The notes under the pieces are model-generated. The model was not told where the DNA came from. It searched no databases and saw nothing but the letters and a program-made list of their open reading frames with translations. A program made the translations under genes and the position numbers. From assembly GCF_009834535.1 (NCBI RefSeq), contig NC_045696.1, positions 49,540,001 to 49,604,000 of the forward strand: a stretch of 64,000 nucleotides of DNA, in the 5' to 3' direction. Source of the DNA: Camelus ferus (lineage: Eukaryota). Of the stretch, positions 12,801 to 23,930 are shown one piece after another; positions within the stretch are counted from its first letter, which is position 1; every line of letters starts with the position of its first letter.

Positions 12801-14490
12801 ACTAGGGATAAACTTTGCGAGTATGAGGCACAAAGCAGAGCAGGCTTACACTCCACCCCATCTTTCATTTACTGGGCGCCTCGTGTCAGTCCCTCACCCT
12901 CCCCACACCCTCCAGCCAGGAAAAAAAAATTGTGAATGAGACATTACTATGGAATTCAAGGATCACACCACTTCTCTCACCTCCAGGCAATGTCCCTGGG
13001 CCAAACACATGCCTGGATGCTAATGCTCTTTGAGGTCTCTTCCTTTCCCATCTAGCACACAGACTCGGAGGTAAGACAGCACAGGGTCTTAGATGTGGGG
13101 CCAGAGACAGCCCCAGCCCCAGTATCATTAAGAGTTTCTTCCAAGGCTCTTAGGGTGCCTTCAGTCAAGGAAAATCCAGGCCATCTTGCCCTGCCAACCA
13201 GATCTGCCCAAATGGCAAGCTGCCCTAGGACCATCGGTGTTCTTTTATGCAATCATTCAAAAGAAACTGAACCATCTTAAACATTTCCAAAATATAATGT
13301 AGCTTCTAAGAAAAGGCAAAGCCTACTGTCACCTCTTTAGGAATTCAGTAGGGTCCTGGATCAAATAATGGAGAAAAACATTTCCAAAAAAGAAAACAAA
13401 ATTTGTAGACGTATTCACAGAAACACGTTTGGTCACATATGATAAAAATGAATGGACAGTTTGATGAGACTTTTCATGTGATGAAAGTAATTCCAAGTGG
13501 TCCACTCAGGCCCTTGAGTTATAGGTCCTTGGAGATGAGAAGTGGGGTTGGGGTGGCAAGCGCCGTAGTTTAAAAGGCCCAGCACGCGGTCTCCGTGCGC
13601 CAGCACTGCAGTGTGCTTTCTCACTTTGTTCTTGCTTAGATAGCCGATTTCAGTGATTTACCTGAAAGACTGTCTTTCTCCAATAGTTCACTGTGCCGGA
13701 GTTATCTTCCTAAAATACAACGTGGATCATTCTACTCCCCTTCTCAAAAACCTGCAATGGCCCCTTTTATCTATAGGGAAAAATGGTCGAAACTCCTTAA
13801 TGTACTTTGGTCATAAACATCCTTTACCGGGTTTACAATAATAATAGGTAACATATAATGAGAAGCCAGTGACATAATGATCAAGAGACTTGGAGTCACA
13901 GCTCTGCCACTAACCAGCTAGGAGCTCGTGGGCAGAGTTACGGGGCCTCTAAGCAGCAGTGGCCTTTGTCTGTTGTCAGGTAGGAATAGAACTAACTCGT
14001 TGGGCTCTTGTGAGGTTCGTGAGAGTAAGTGAGCTGTATTCCCCATATACTCCACGTGCTGCCACTCTTGTGTGGTTTTTGTTTCTCACATCTCCCATTC
14101 ATTGTCACAGCTTTGGTTATGTTTTCTCAGCTACACAATCCCTTTCCTGCACCAAAACCCTCCACCCATTTTCCACTTGCAAAAACTTTTCTCAGAATTC
14201 CAGACCTGGCTTGAATGCTACCTCTTCTAATAATGCATCCTTTGTTCCTTCCCTCATAAAAATGCGTACCTCTTTATTGTCCTCCACATGTATCTCTATT
14301 ATCCCTGCATTCAGCCTCACGTTACATTTTGGAATTCACATATTTTACTCTGTTTTCTCCTGAATTATTATCTGAGGCTCGTCAGATTCCAACTTTTATT
14401 TAACTTTTCTTCCATTCCTAGCACCAGTCAGCATGATTTGTACATGATAAACACTCCCTTGGTTGTAATTACTGATTAAAACTGACTTTC

Positions 14491-15039
14491 TCTAATTATT
14501 TACAATAGCCAAGACATGTAAACAACCTAAATGTCCATCGACAGATAACTGGATAAAGAAGTTGTGGTATATTTATACAGTGGAATACTATTCAGCCATA
14601 AAAAAGAATAAAAGAATGCCATTTGCAGCAACATGGATGGACCTGGTGATTGTCATTCTAAGTGAAGTAAGCCAGAAAGAGGAAGAAAAATACCATATGA
14701 TATCACTTACATGTGGAATCTTAAAAAAAAAAAGACAAACGAACTTATTTACAAAACAGAAACAGACTATAGACATAGAAAACAAACATGGTTATGGGGG
14801 TAGGGAGGGAAGAGCGTGGGACGGGATAACTGGGGAGTTCAAGATTTGATGATAATATACATAAAATAGATAAACAAAAAGTTCATACTGTATAGCACAG
14901 AGAACTATATTCAATATCTTGTAGTAACTTATGGTGAAAAAGAATATGAAAATGAATATATGTATGTTCATGTATGACTGAAGCATTATATTGTACACCA
15001 GGAATTGACACAACATTGTAAACTGATTATACTTCAATA

Positions 15040-15071
<32 letters not shown>
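14491..15071 (+). mobile_element. 5'-truncated, relatively young L1: ORF2 C-terminus, 3' UTR and a tail degraded to (TA)n(GA)n
   Basis: ORF-track 14562-14849 'WYIYTVEYYSAIKKNKRMPFAATWMDL..ILSEVSQ' is the L1 ORF2 C-terminal region. Candidate TSD ACTGACTT at 14481-14488 and 15072-15079, with a TT/AAAA endonuclease site at the left junction. Confidence 0.92.
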
Positions 15072-15072
<1 letters not shown>

Positions 15073-15429
15073 CTGACTTGCTTTAAAATTTCAGTCCTCC
15101 TGTTTACTTGGTCTCCTCTCCCTTTGATAAATTTCATAATACAGTAGAAGAAAAGATTAACTATCCAAATTATAAAAGTTTTTCTTATTTTAAAATTAGT
15201 TTATCGAAAGCAACTGTGTCATAATATAAAAATCCCACTGATAATTTGGTTTCCATTACAATGTACGACAGAAAAACTATTCTCTAATAGTTAAAAATTC
15301 TTAGCTGGGATTTTTAATGCAAATTTATTTTTTTCATTATAAAAGTGACAAAATATTATAAAATCTTAGAAAAGAGAAGGAAAACGCAATACATGTTCCC
15401 ACCTATCAAACATGAGTCTGTTTCCTAAA

Positions 15430-15575
15430 GCCTTGCTAGTTATTCAAGATGGGTTTGAACCAGCAGTATCAGCACCAGCTAGAATCTTGTTAGAAATGCA
15501 GAACCTCGGGCCTGTCTCAGACCAGCTCAATCAGAATACAGCTGATTTGCACATTAAAGTTTGAAAAGCGCTGCT
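15430..15575. mobile_element. MER5A-like MITE
   Basis: 'accagcagtatcagcaccagctagaatcttgttagaaatgcagaacctcgggcc...gcacattaaagtttgaaaagcgctg'. Confidence 0.7.
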
Positions 15576-17188
15576 CTGAGGTGCTACCCAGAACCCAGCA
15601 GAGTGTGTTCTCCTGAGCATCTCCCTCCTTCTGGCAAATATTTATAGAGCCCCTGCTGTGTGCCGAGTACCATACTGGAGACTGTGTTTTCACCCGCAAA
15701 ATTTCCTCCATGACTGATTCAAGAACATATGGAGAGTGTTGCCTTCTTTTGAACTGTTTCCTTGGACAAAGCAAATAGTTTTAATTGCAAACACTGCCAG
15801 AGGTGTAAAACATCTCATTCTGAAGTGGTCCTACTTCTCCTATTTTCAAGTTCTCACACAGTGATGTCTCTAAGTCTAGGGCTTAATGCTTTTTTATTAT
15901 GCTCCTTCCTCCCATTAAGAGCTGAAAAATAAGGGGAAAAAAGACATTGAAACTGACACTCCACAGTAGAGCTTAAAGAACACATTTTGTTTGCCGTAGG
16001 CTGCTTTCATAAAGTTTTGTGTTTGGGAATTAAAACAAATTTTTTTTTCAGTTCAAAGGAAGTCCAGAAAGGTGACATTTGCAAAATAAATCTTGGGCTA
16101 TTCCTTCATAGTGTTATTTTTTGAGGGGTGGTGGTGGAGATGGGGGAATTCCATCGACTAAAATAGCTAGGTGACTTAATCCCAATATGTAGAGAACTAC
16201 CTTGAAGTGTTCTTTAAGAATTAGAAGCTATATGATAAATAGTGTAGACTTTCTTTTTATTAACCAAGGCATACTCCTCCAGTAAAAAACAAACGAACAG
16301 ACTTTTGGTAATGTTACACAGCTCAAAAGGCTGAGAAGCAGGCTTAAGTGAATGTTAATAATAGCCCAGAAGAGGAAATTTAGTAAGATGTCAAAAGGGG
16401 GCAACATGCAGCAGAAGTTACGTGTATAGAAAAGTAGCTGCATTGCTGCTGTGTGGTTACCTCAGAGAGGAGGTGAGGACTTTTGGTGATTAAATGTCAG
16501 CTGACCTGCAGATCTGTCTGTATCTGAGCCTTCAGTCTTGGCACTGACTGCAGTTTCCTTTTCCCATAAGCCCATCCTGAGTCACTGAAGAGCTGCCTGG
16601 CCTGAAGCCCTGCCGGGCCCCAACATCAAGGTCAGGGTGTTTTTCTTGACTGGCCTGGCTGCCAAGGTGTTTCAGTGATTACTGATGTGCAAGATTCTCT
16701 TATCATTAGAGACCATAACGTTTGCACCATGGAAAAGGATCATTTGAAAGAGAAGGGAATGTTGCAGAAAGCAGAGAAATGGGTTGGTATGCCTACAGAC
16801 CTCAGGGCTCCAGGGTCTCATTCCAAAATAGGGTTTCCAAATGGTGCCACCACAGAAACTGCTCCCAGAAGGCGCCTGGACTTTCATCTATGAAAGGGGG
16901 ATCATATCGGCAAACCTCCTTGCCTTATGGGACACAGTGAAGAGCAAATGGGACGAAGAATTTAGAAGGTTCGAAACAACGGGCAACACAAGTGTGAAGC
17001 ATCTATTTCCTTCCCTGTAAAATGGGAAGAAGTGGTGTGTAGATGAATCTTAATTGAGTAATGGTTGAAACACAAATCATCCTTGACGTTGTCATCCAAA
17101 TACGATATTCTTCACCTTCCTTGGCCTTTTTACCTCATATTTCTGCTGCTTCTGTGGTTTATTAAAAATGTATTACTCTGTGTAACTG

Positions 17189-17190
<2 letters not shown>

Positions 17191-17227
<37 letters not shown>

Positions 17228-17267
17228 TGTGTGTCTGTGTGTCTGTGTGTCTGTGTGTCTGTGTGTC
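17191..17267. repeat. (GT)n / (GTGTGTCT)n microsatellite just upstream of the CpG island
   Basis: Direct reading. Confidence 0.97.
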
Positions 17268-17319
17268 GGAGAAAAAAAGAAGGAAACGTACGGTTGCGTT
17301 TGACATCTGAGTCCTGACT

Positions 17320-18144
17320 GCGTGAAAAGCCGGAGGAATGAAGACTTCTCTGACCCAAGACCCGACGAGCCCGAGCGCGCAGGTTGCCCGGCCCGCAGCC
17401 CCTGCGGCGGCGTCCGTCTACGCGCAGGAAGGCGGGAGTATCGGCGGGCAGTGGAGGGGTGGGCGCCGCTCGGAGGGGCAGCCCGGGAGGACGCGGGCCA
17501 ATCGGAGCGCGCTCCGCCAGCGGCCAATCACCGGCCGCCTAGCCCGGCAAATCTGCCCGGCAGTGCGGGGCGGGGCTGCCGGAGTCCGGGTGCCGCCGGT
17601 TACACTTCTGGGCGCCTTCAGGAAGCCACAGGGCCGGGGGAACCTGGGCTGAGGAGCCGGGGGAGGGGTAGCAGGCAGGCCCGGCGTATGTGCCAGCCCA
17701 GAGACACACACAGAAGTGTGAATCGGGCTGAGGATGCTGCGTCCGGGCGCTCACATGTGTATAGACCCACCGGCGTGTCCATATGCCGTGTGGGCACCTG
17801 TCGTGTGAGTGGCTCCGGGCGTGGCTGCTTGTAGGACGTTCAGTTTCTGTAAGATTTAACTCGAGGAGCCCACCTTCCCCCGGCCCCAGAGGGGGAACCT
17901 AAGAAGTTTAACGGAGCCGGGGCTGAGCAGATTAAGGGAGTGGAAGAGCAGCTGGGCCGGAGAGGGTAGGGACTGCGGGTGCCGGGAGCCAGGGAACCTA
18001 TTTGCCCCGTCTACCCAGCGGAACGGCCTTTTGGCAAGACTGGCGTGACAAAGGTGGCTCTGAAATGCTTGAGAGCCCGGGGCAATGATGATCGCTGAGT
18101 GAGTGGCGCTGGGCTGAGCCTGGGCAGTTGACTGACAGAGAGGG
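17320..18144 (+). promoter_or_regulatory. PLCXD2: PLCXD2 CpG-island promoter and 5' UTR
   Basis: Dense CpGs. Two GGCCAATC boxes (CCAAT at 17498-17502 and 17524-17528), then a GC box GGGGCGGGGC at 17567-17576. No TATA box seen next to them. Lies directly upstream of the first coding exon. Confidence 0.85.
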
Positions 18145-18307
18145 ATGCTAGCTATTAGGAAGGTAAGGAGGAAACTCAGGATGGGGACCATCTGCTCCCC
18201 CAACCCCAGCGGGACAAAGACATCATTGGAGGTCTGCAATGCCGACTGGATGGCCTCGCTCCCTACTCACCTCCACAACGTCCCCCTTTCCCATCTGGCA
18301 ATCCCAG
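18145..18307 (+). CDS. PLCXD2: PLCXD2 coding exon 1 (163 nt, codons 1-54 plus 1 nt)
   Basis: MLAIRKVRRKLRMGTICSPNPSGTKTSLEVCNADWMASLPTHLHNVPLSHLAIP-G. WM..L...L..LAIPG is the PI-PLC X-box start. Donor CAG|GTATTC, phase 1. Confidence 0.96.
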
Positions 18308-20764
18308 GTATTCTATTCCTACTTGTTCCCACTGTGTTTGCTTCTGCCATTTTAGTGTTGTTAATGGGTTGGGCTGCTTTTCTATTGTGTTGAGAAAATA
18401 ATTGTCAGTGACCTTAACTAAAACCTCTTTATTTCCAACCAAAAACTTAACACTGATGCGACCGCTGTAAAGAGATTTAAGTACACTGCATCATTTGCAA
18501 AAGGGACTCAAGAGAATGAAAGCACTATTGTTTGCTGTTTGGGTCTTTTTGTTTTATTTTTACTCTACAGACTCATTCTAAGAACATTACTTTCTTAATG
18601 TGGGGACCAGGGTGTGTGAGTGGTGCATTTACTTGAATCACTTAGAGAAAAAAAGGAGAGATCAAGGATGATGAATAAGAAGTCATGAACAATTTAGATC
18701 TGGATCAAAATTGATGCTGATAAGTATTTCCCTTCTAATTTATCTGACCTTGGATAGTGGAGAAAGAAACAAAAAACAGATTAGCATTAAGAATAGGTCC
18801 AGAACTAGGACTGAGTATAAAGACGCTTATTTTTGTTGTTGGAAAAGCCAGAAATAGAGAATGCAGGCTCTCATCACAGGTAGTCATTAGGTGTGATGAG
18901 GTGGTGGTGTTTGAAGCTTCGCCTATATTTAGACAGGTGTCTGCCAGCTGATCTAGAACCGAAGCCTTGAAAGGCATTTCTGCATCAGCCACTCTCTCTC
19001 TCCTGGGGGTTTTGTACTGTAATACCACTCGCATTAGATTTGTTAAATGTATCCTCTTCCATCCACTCAAAAGCTGGTTAACACAAGGTTTCTAGGGAAG
19101 GAGGTTTGGACTACAGTAATCTTGGTCTCATGTGCTGGGCAAAGTCCTAGATTCTGTTACTTGGAAAGCAGTCCCAGGAGCAGGAGATGGACCACTGCCA
19201 ATCCTTTCTCTCACCTGGAGACATAACAATTGACTTCATCCCTGGACGACCAGACAAACTCCCAAGCAGCCCCAGGAGCAGTCTGCTTTTTGGTGGCAGA
19301 CAAGATGACCTCATGCAACCCCAGATCTTTGCTTTCTATGCAGGAGGAAGAGCCGTGCTGGCAGCCTTCCCTTACTCGCCTCTTCTTTGGGGGCTTTTCC
19401 ATGTTCATTGTCCTCTTGGGCTCTTGTTGCTTTTGAGCAAGGAGAGGGTTGCTGAATCTCTTTCTAGTTATGGTCACTTGTGTTTTTATCAGCCATTGAC
19501 TACAGCTCCTTGGGAAATGCCAGATGGTCGTGCTTCAGAACAAGTCTTTTCCATGCTTAATTGACGCCTGTGGAGTCATCACTGACATGATGCACAGGCC
19601 TCTTGTAACATGAGTCATTTGTCTTCAGGCTTTCTGATGGAATTGTTTTGTCAGGTAGTACAGCAAGTACTATGTGTTTGCAAACAGAATGGCATCTTAG
19701 GCAGGCGCTAAATGGCTCTATCATTCAGGGCACATCCAGGTAGGCTGGGGCTTCCTCCTTCCTGTGGTACTTTGGACAGTCCAGACCATAGCAGCAGCTC
19801 AGCTCACCGCCTGGCTGTGCACTCTGACTCCTTGACTCCAGAAAGGGTATTTGTTCTGCCACCTACAGTGTATCTCCCAGTTAGTAGGATTGCCAGAGTT
19901 TGCAAATAGCAGGGCCTGCTGCTGTAACTGGAAATTCTCTGATTAGCCACCATGGGGAGACAGAGGAATTTGTTCACCCTGATTTGTAAAGTCCAGTTCT
20001 TCTAAGCAAAAAGAAAAAAGAAAAATGTCTTTGACTCCTCAAAAGATGCTGCACTCACGATGTGAATGCCCTCTTCCCGGCAGCGGGAAGGGACATGTGT
20101 ACAGGTATATATAAGCTCAAGACAGGAAAATCACACTTTAAGTGCTAGCCATTTATGGACGCCCACTCCGACACGGCTTTGTCGCTAGTTCTCTTTTCTC
20201 TACCTCCAGCTTAACATTCCCCAACTAGCAGCCAAGTTCTTCCAAGACATACTGAGAGATTCTGAAACTCAGACAGCACTCACTAAGTGGAGGCCACCGT
20301 CATCCTCCCTCTTCCCCTTCCTCCTCCTCATCACCTTCAGCACAATAGCTGTTATTTACTGAGCACTCCCATGCAGCTCCGAGGCCTGTGTCACCTCGAC
20401 CCTTAACATCCTCATTTTAGAAAGAAGGAAAGTATCTGCCAGAAAGGTTAAGTCATTTTCTGCAGATCACACAAATGGTAAATAGCAGGACTAATAGTTA
20501 AGCCCCTATGTAGCTGGCCCCAAACCCCATGCCCTGTCTCTGTCCTTGGGAGGCCTGGGGAAGTGCACAGCGGCAGGGAGGGTGGGGGAGAATTCTCTAA
20601 CTGAAAACCGGTTTTCACAGTCTATCTCTGCAGCAATTGAAAGAATTTTTAAAACTAGGTGGTCTTTATCTGAGTGACATATATGTCACTGGCCAGCTAG
20701 ATAGACACATAATACGTGTATATATTATGTATCTGAGTAACATAAATATATAATATTTCCCTGT

Positions 20765-20768
<4 letters not shown>

Positions 20769-20844
<76 letters not shown>
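20769..20844. repeat. Perfect (TA)~38 microsatellite
   Basis: Direct reading. Confidence 0.97.
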
Positions 20845-20847
<3 letters not shown>

Positions 20848-22066
20848 CTGTTCAGCATTGGAACCCAGTAAGTTATCCTTATTTGGAGTTGGAACCCAGT
20901 AAGTTTTAAATTCAAATGTAGTGCTTACACCTACTATTCTGTGTGTGCATCTGTGCTTGTGCGTGCCAACCCAGGGCATCTGTGATATTGGATCAGCTCT
21001 GTCAGGGTCGGGGTGGGGCGGCAGTGACCTGGGAAAGGGCAGAGAAAAGGCAGGGTTCCCGGCATTAAGAGCAGAACTGGGATGGAGTGAGCGCTCGGGT
21101 TCGAGTGCCTCTGCTGCATTTGCCTCAGTCGTGATGGGAGAGAGCAGGTGTGAACGCGCATCTCTCAACATAGCCTTGATGTATTATTTTACCTCCGCAA
21201 CTGTTAAGAACACCTGTTAATGACTAGTGTCACCCAAATACACTGGCATATCTTGGAGAAGAACCTCAGGACAGTTCTCCCTGCTGACTGCATAGAATGT
21301 TTGGAGACCTTAAGGGTGAAAAATCTGGAAACTACAAAAGTCTGGTTTTTAAATTAAAACTTTAACCTCTACAAACAATTTTGCTGATGTTAGTGAAAGC
21401 ATGGTTTTCTTCATGAACAAATGGACCGATAGGAAAAAATTTTTCTATAGTGTACTACTGCTTTTCAATGAATTTTTTTCTCTGTATATTTTAATGCTAT
21501 TTCTTTCTTCTTCTTTTTTTTTTTTAACCGTGCATTTCCCCTTCTTTTTGTGAAGGGTAAACTATGTGGCCTATTGGAAAGAGCCTTGAACTTAAGGATC
21601 TGGAAATTTGATATCGGTGACTCTGGCTATGTGATGCTGAAACATTATCTGAATTTCTCGGGATTTAGTTTCCTCATTTGTAATTAAAACATTGGATTAA
21701 ATAGGGAAATGTAGAGTCATTTCCAAGTGAAAAATTCTTTGATTAGTTTGAAGGGGTTTGTTTGGTTTTTGTTTTCTTGCCTGTCTCCAAACATAGAAGA
21801 ATGATGGGGTCATTTTAGGTCTGAAGGCCATTTTTTTATGCCTCTTCAGAACAAGAAATTAATTTTGGCTTGTGCAAACAAAGACTCACTATTGCCAGAA
21901 TGAAGCAGGGCTTTCTCACTTTAGCATCCTAAAAGGGACTAGAGTAGTTTAAACTGAACAGACTGAGTACATTTTAAGAAACCTCCATGCTCAGGCCTGT
22001 GGGAGACGCAAAGGTGAATCAGGCATCAGCCCCGCTGTCAGAGGCTCTTATAACCTAGTGCTGGAG

Positions 22067-22090
22067 ACACACACACACACACACACACAC
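22067..22090. repeat. (AC)12 microsatellite
   Basis: Direct reading. Confidence 0.95.
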
Positions 22091-23714
22091 GTATATACCT
22101 TCACCATACACAACTTAAAAATCTAATTGGGGTAAGTATTAAAACAGAGATATAAATAAAGTACCATAGAAGCACACAGAATGGAAAGATTAATTCCATT
22201 TTTTAGGAGTAGGAACTACTTTGTTGAAGAAATGGCATTTGACCTAGGATTTGAAGAACAGTCACAATTTCAAGGAATATGGCTCTGGGATCAGGGTTGG
22301 GAAGGGGGCTTTCCAAGTGAAAGAAACCACGTAAGCTAAGGGGTGTACACGGGGAGTGACCCCCCTCTGCTGCCCCTCAGTGACGCGTTGTTAACATCTT
22401 CATCATAGCACTTCCCCACACGTTGTTATCTCTAGGTCTCTGACTTCCACATCATCTGTGCACAGCCTGACGTGGAGAAAGTGGCCTATTCCCTTTGTAA
22501 TCCCACGTCCTAGTACAGGGGAGCAGCTTGGGCATTGGTGACTGTTGAGTGAATGGTTTAGTGCGTGAAACCGGAGAGTAAGAAAACTGGAAAGGGGGCT
22601 TAGAGCCACCATCCTTTTCAATGGTGACCGGAGCTAAACCGAATAGATTGGTTAGGTTCCCCTTTTGTGAATACCATATGAAGTGCTCTGAACAGTTTTC
22701 AGTCCATTTTGTGTTATCTTTGCATACTCTTCCTATAGCTCTAGATAAGGCTTGTTACTGAGCCCTATTAGAAATGGAATTCTGAGGCAGAGTAAGACGG
22801 TCAGAAGGGTCAGAAGCAGAGCTCTGGTGTCACTTGTGCCCTGGCAACAGTTCTTTTCCCCTGTATCCTTTCTGCCTCCCTTCTTTCCTTGTCAGATGTG
22901 AGCGTGTCATGTTTCCCGTCTGGCTGCAGCCTAGCCTGCTCTCGTTTCTTGTTCCCCTCTTCCCCCTTCCTTCCACTGACCTGGCCTCGGCCCCAGCCTC
23001 TCCCTTTCCAGGGCCAGCCTTGCTCAGACGCTTCTCACTGTTCTCTGGTTCCCAGGCCGGTTCTCTGCCCTCGTTGGCTGATGATACTCTACTCCCTTCT
23101 CTCCTGTTCCACTTTCTGGAATCCTGTCCTTTTTCTGGGCAGTCCTGCCTTTGACCACTTGGTGATTTCTACAGCTCGTCTCCTGTACACAGGTGTGACA
23201 GGAAACAAAACCACCATGGGGGCAGGACATAGGGAATCACCACTCAAATCTTGCTTCTGGAGGTTGGGTCAGCTCTGGTGCATACCACAGAGATGGGGAC
23301 CCAGAAGGGTGCAAGATGCATTGTGGAACAAGAAGTTTAGGTTAGCCCCACTTTGGGGATCTCATGAGCCATGAGTTGGCCCTAGAGGAGACTCATTCCC
23401 CTACAGAATCTGAGGCTGTGGAGAACCAAGGACTGCTGACTCTACCAGGGCTGACCCAATCAAGAAAAAGAGTCCTATGGGACCAAAATGGTCTCTTAAG
23501 TGGAAATAGTTGTTTCTTGTTATTATTTTTCATTTTTTTCTCTGGGTAGTCACGGTGAGGAATAAAAAGAGGCTTTGATTTGGTATTTGCGTTAGTAGGT
23601 TTCTAAGAAGGTCTATCTCTTCCCGAGATCCTTTCCCTGCCCCATTCACATAAAAGCCACAAGGAATTCAGGAATCACCCGTGTCTATAAGATGCAGAAT
23701 CCTGGATTGGTTTA

Positions 23715-23930
23715 GATTATTCATGCTAGAGCCATACTGTCTGGATTTGAATCCCAACCCTGCCCCTCTTGACTCTGTGACTCTGGGCAAGGTACTTAAC
23801 CACTCTGCGCCTCAGTGTGCTCTGTAAAACAGAGAGAGTAATGGCATTACCTCATGCAGGTAGTGTGAGAATTGAATGAATTCATATAGCAGACTAACAG
23901 CAGTCTCTGTCACAAAATAACCTGTCTTTT
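23715..23930 (+). mobile_element. MIR SINE
   Basis: 'ctggatttgaatcccaaccctgcc...ctgtgactctgggcaaggtacttaaccactctgcgcctcagt...ctgtaaaa'. Confidence 0.75.

Noticed and set aside
14562..14849. 95-aa ORF with a recognisable protein motif
   Set aside because: C-terminal remnant of L1 ORF2 in a 5'-truncated insertion, with a non-ATG start; not a host gene.
17162..17834. Overlapping ORFs up to 170 aa on both strands at the promoter
   Set aside because: Stop-poor GC-rich CpG island and GT repeat; low-complexity Arg/Gly/Pro/Ala translations with no recognisable domain.
20858..20905. Repeat-spacer-repeat resembling a mini CRISPR array
   Set aside because: Only two 17-bp copies with a 14-bp spacer, in mammalian intron DNA with no cas genes; a local duplication.
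20697..20915. ORFs with IYIYIY, YYYY, IIII or VCVC runs (also 17065, 27429, 27443, 43024, 43081)
   Set aside because: Translations of microsatellites.
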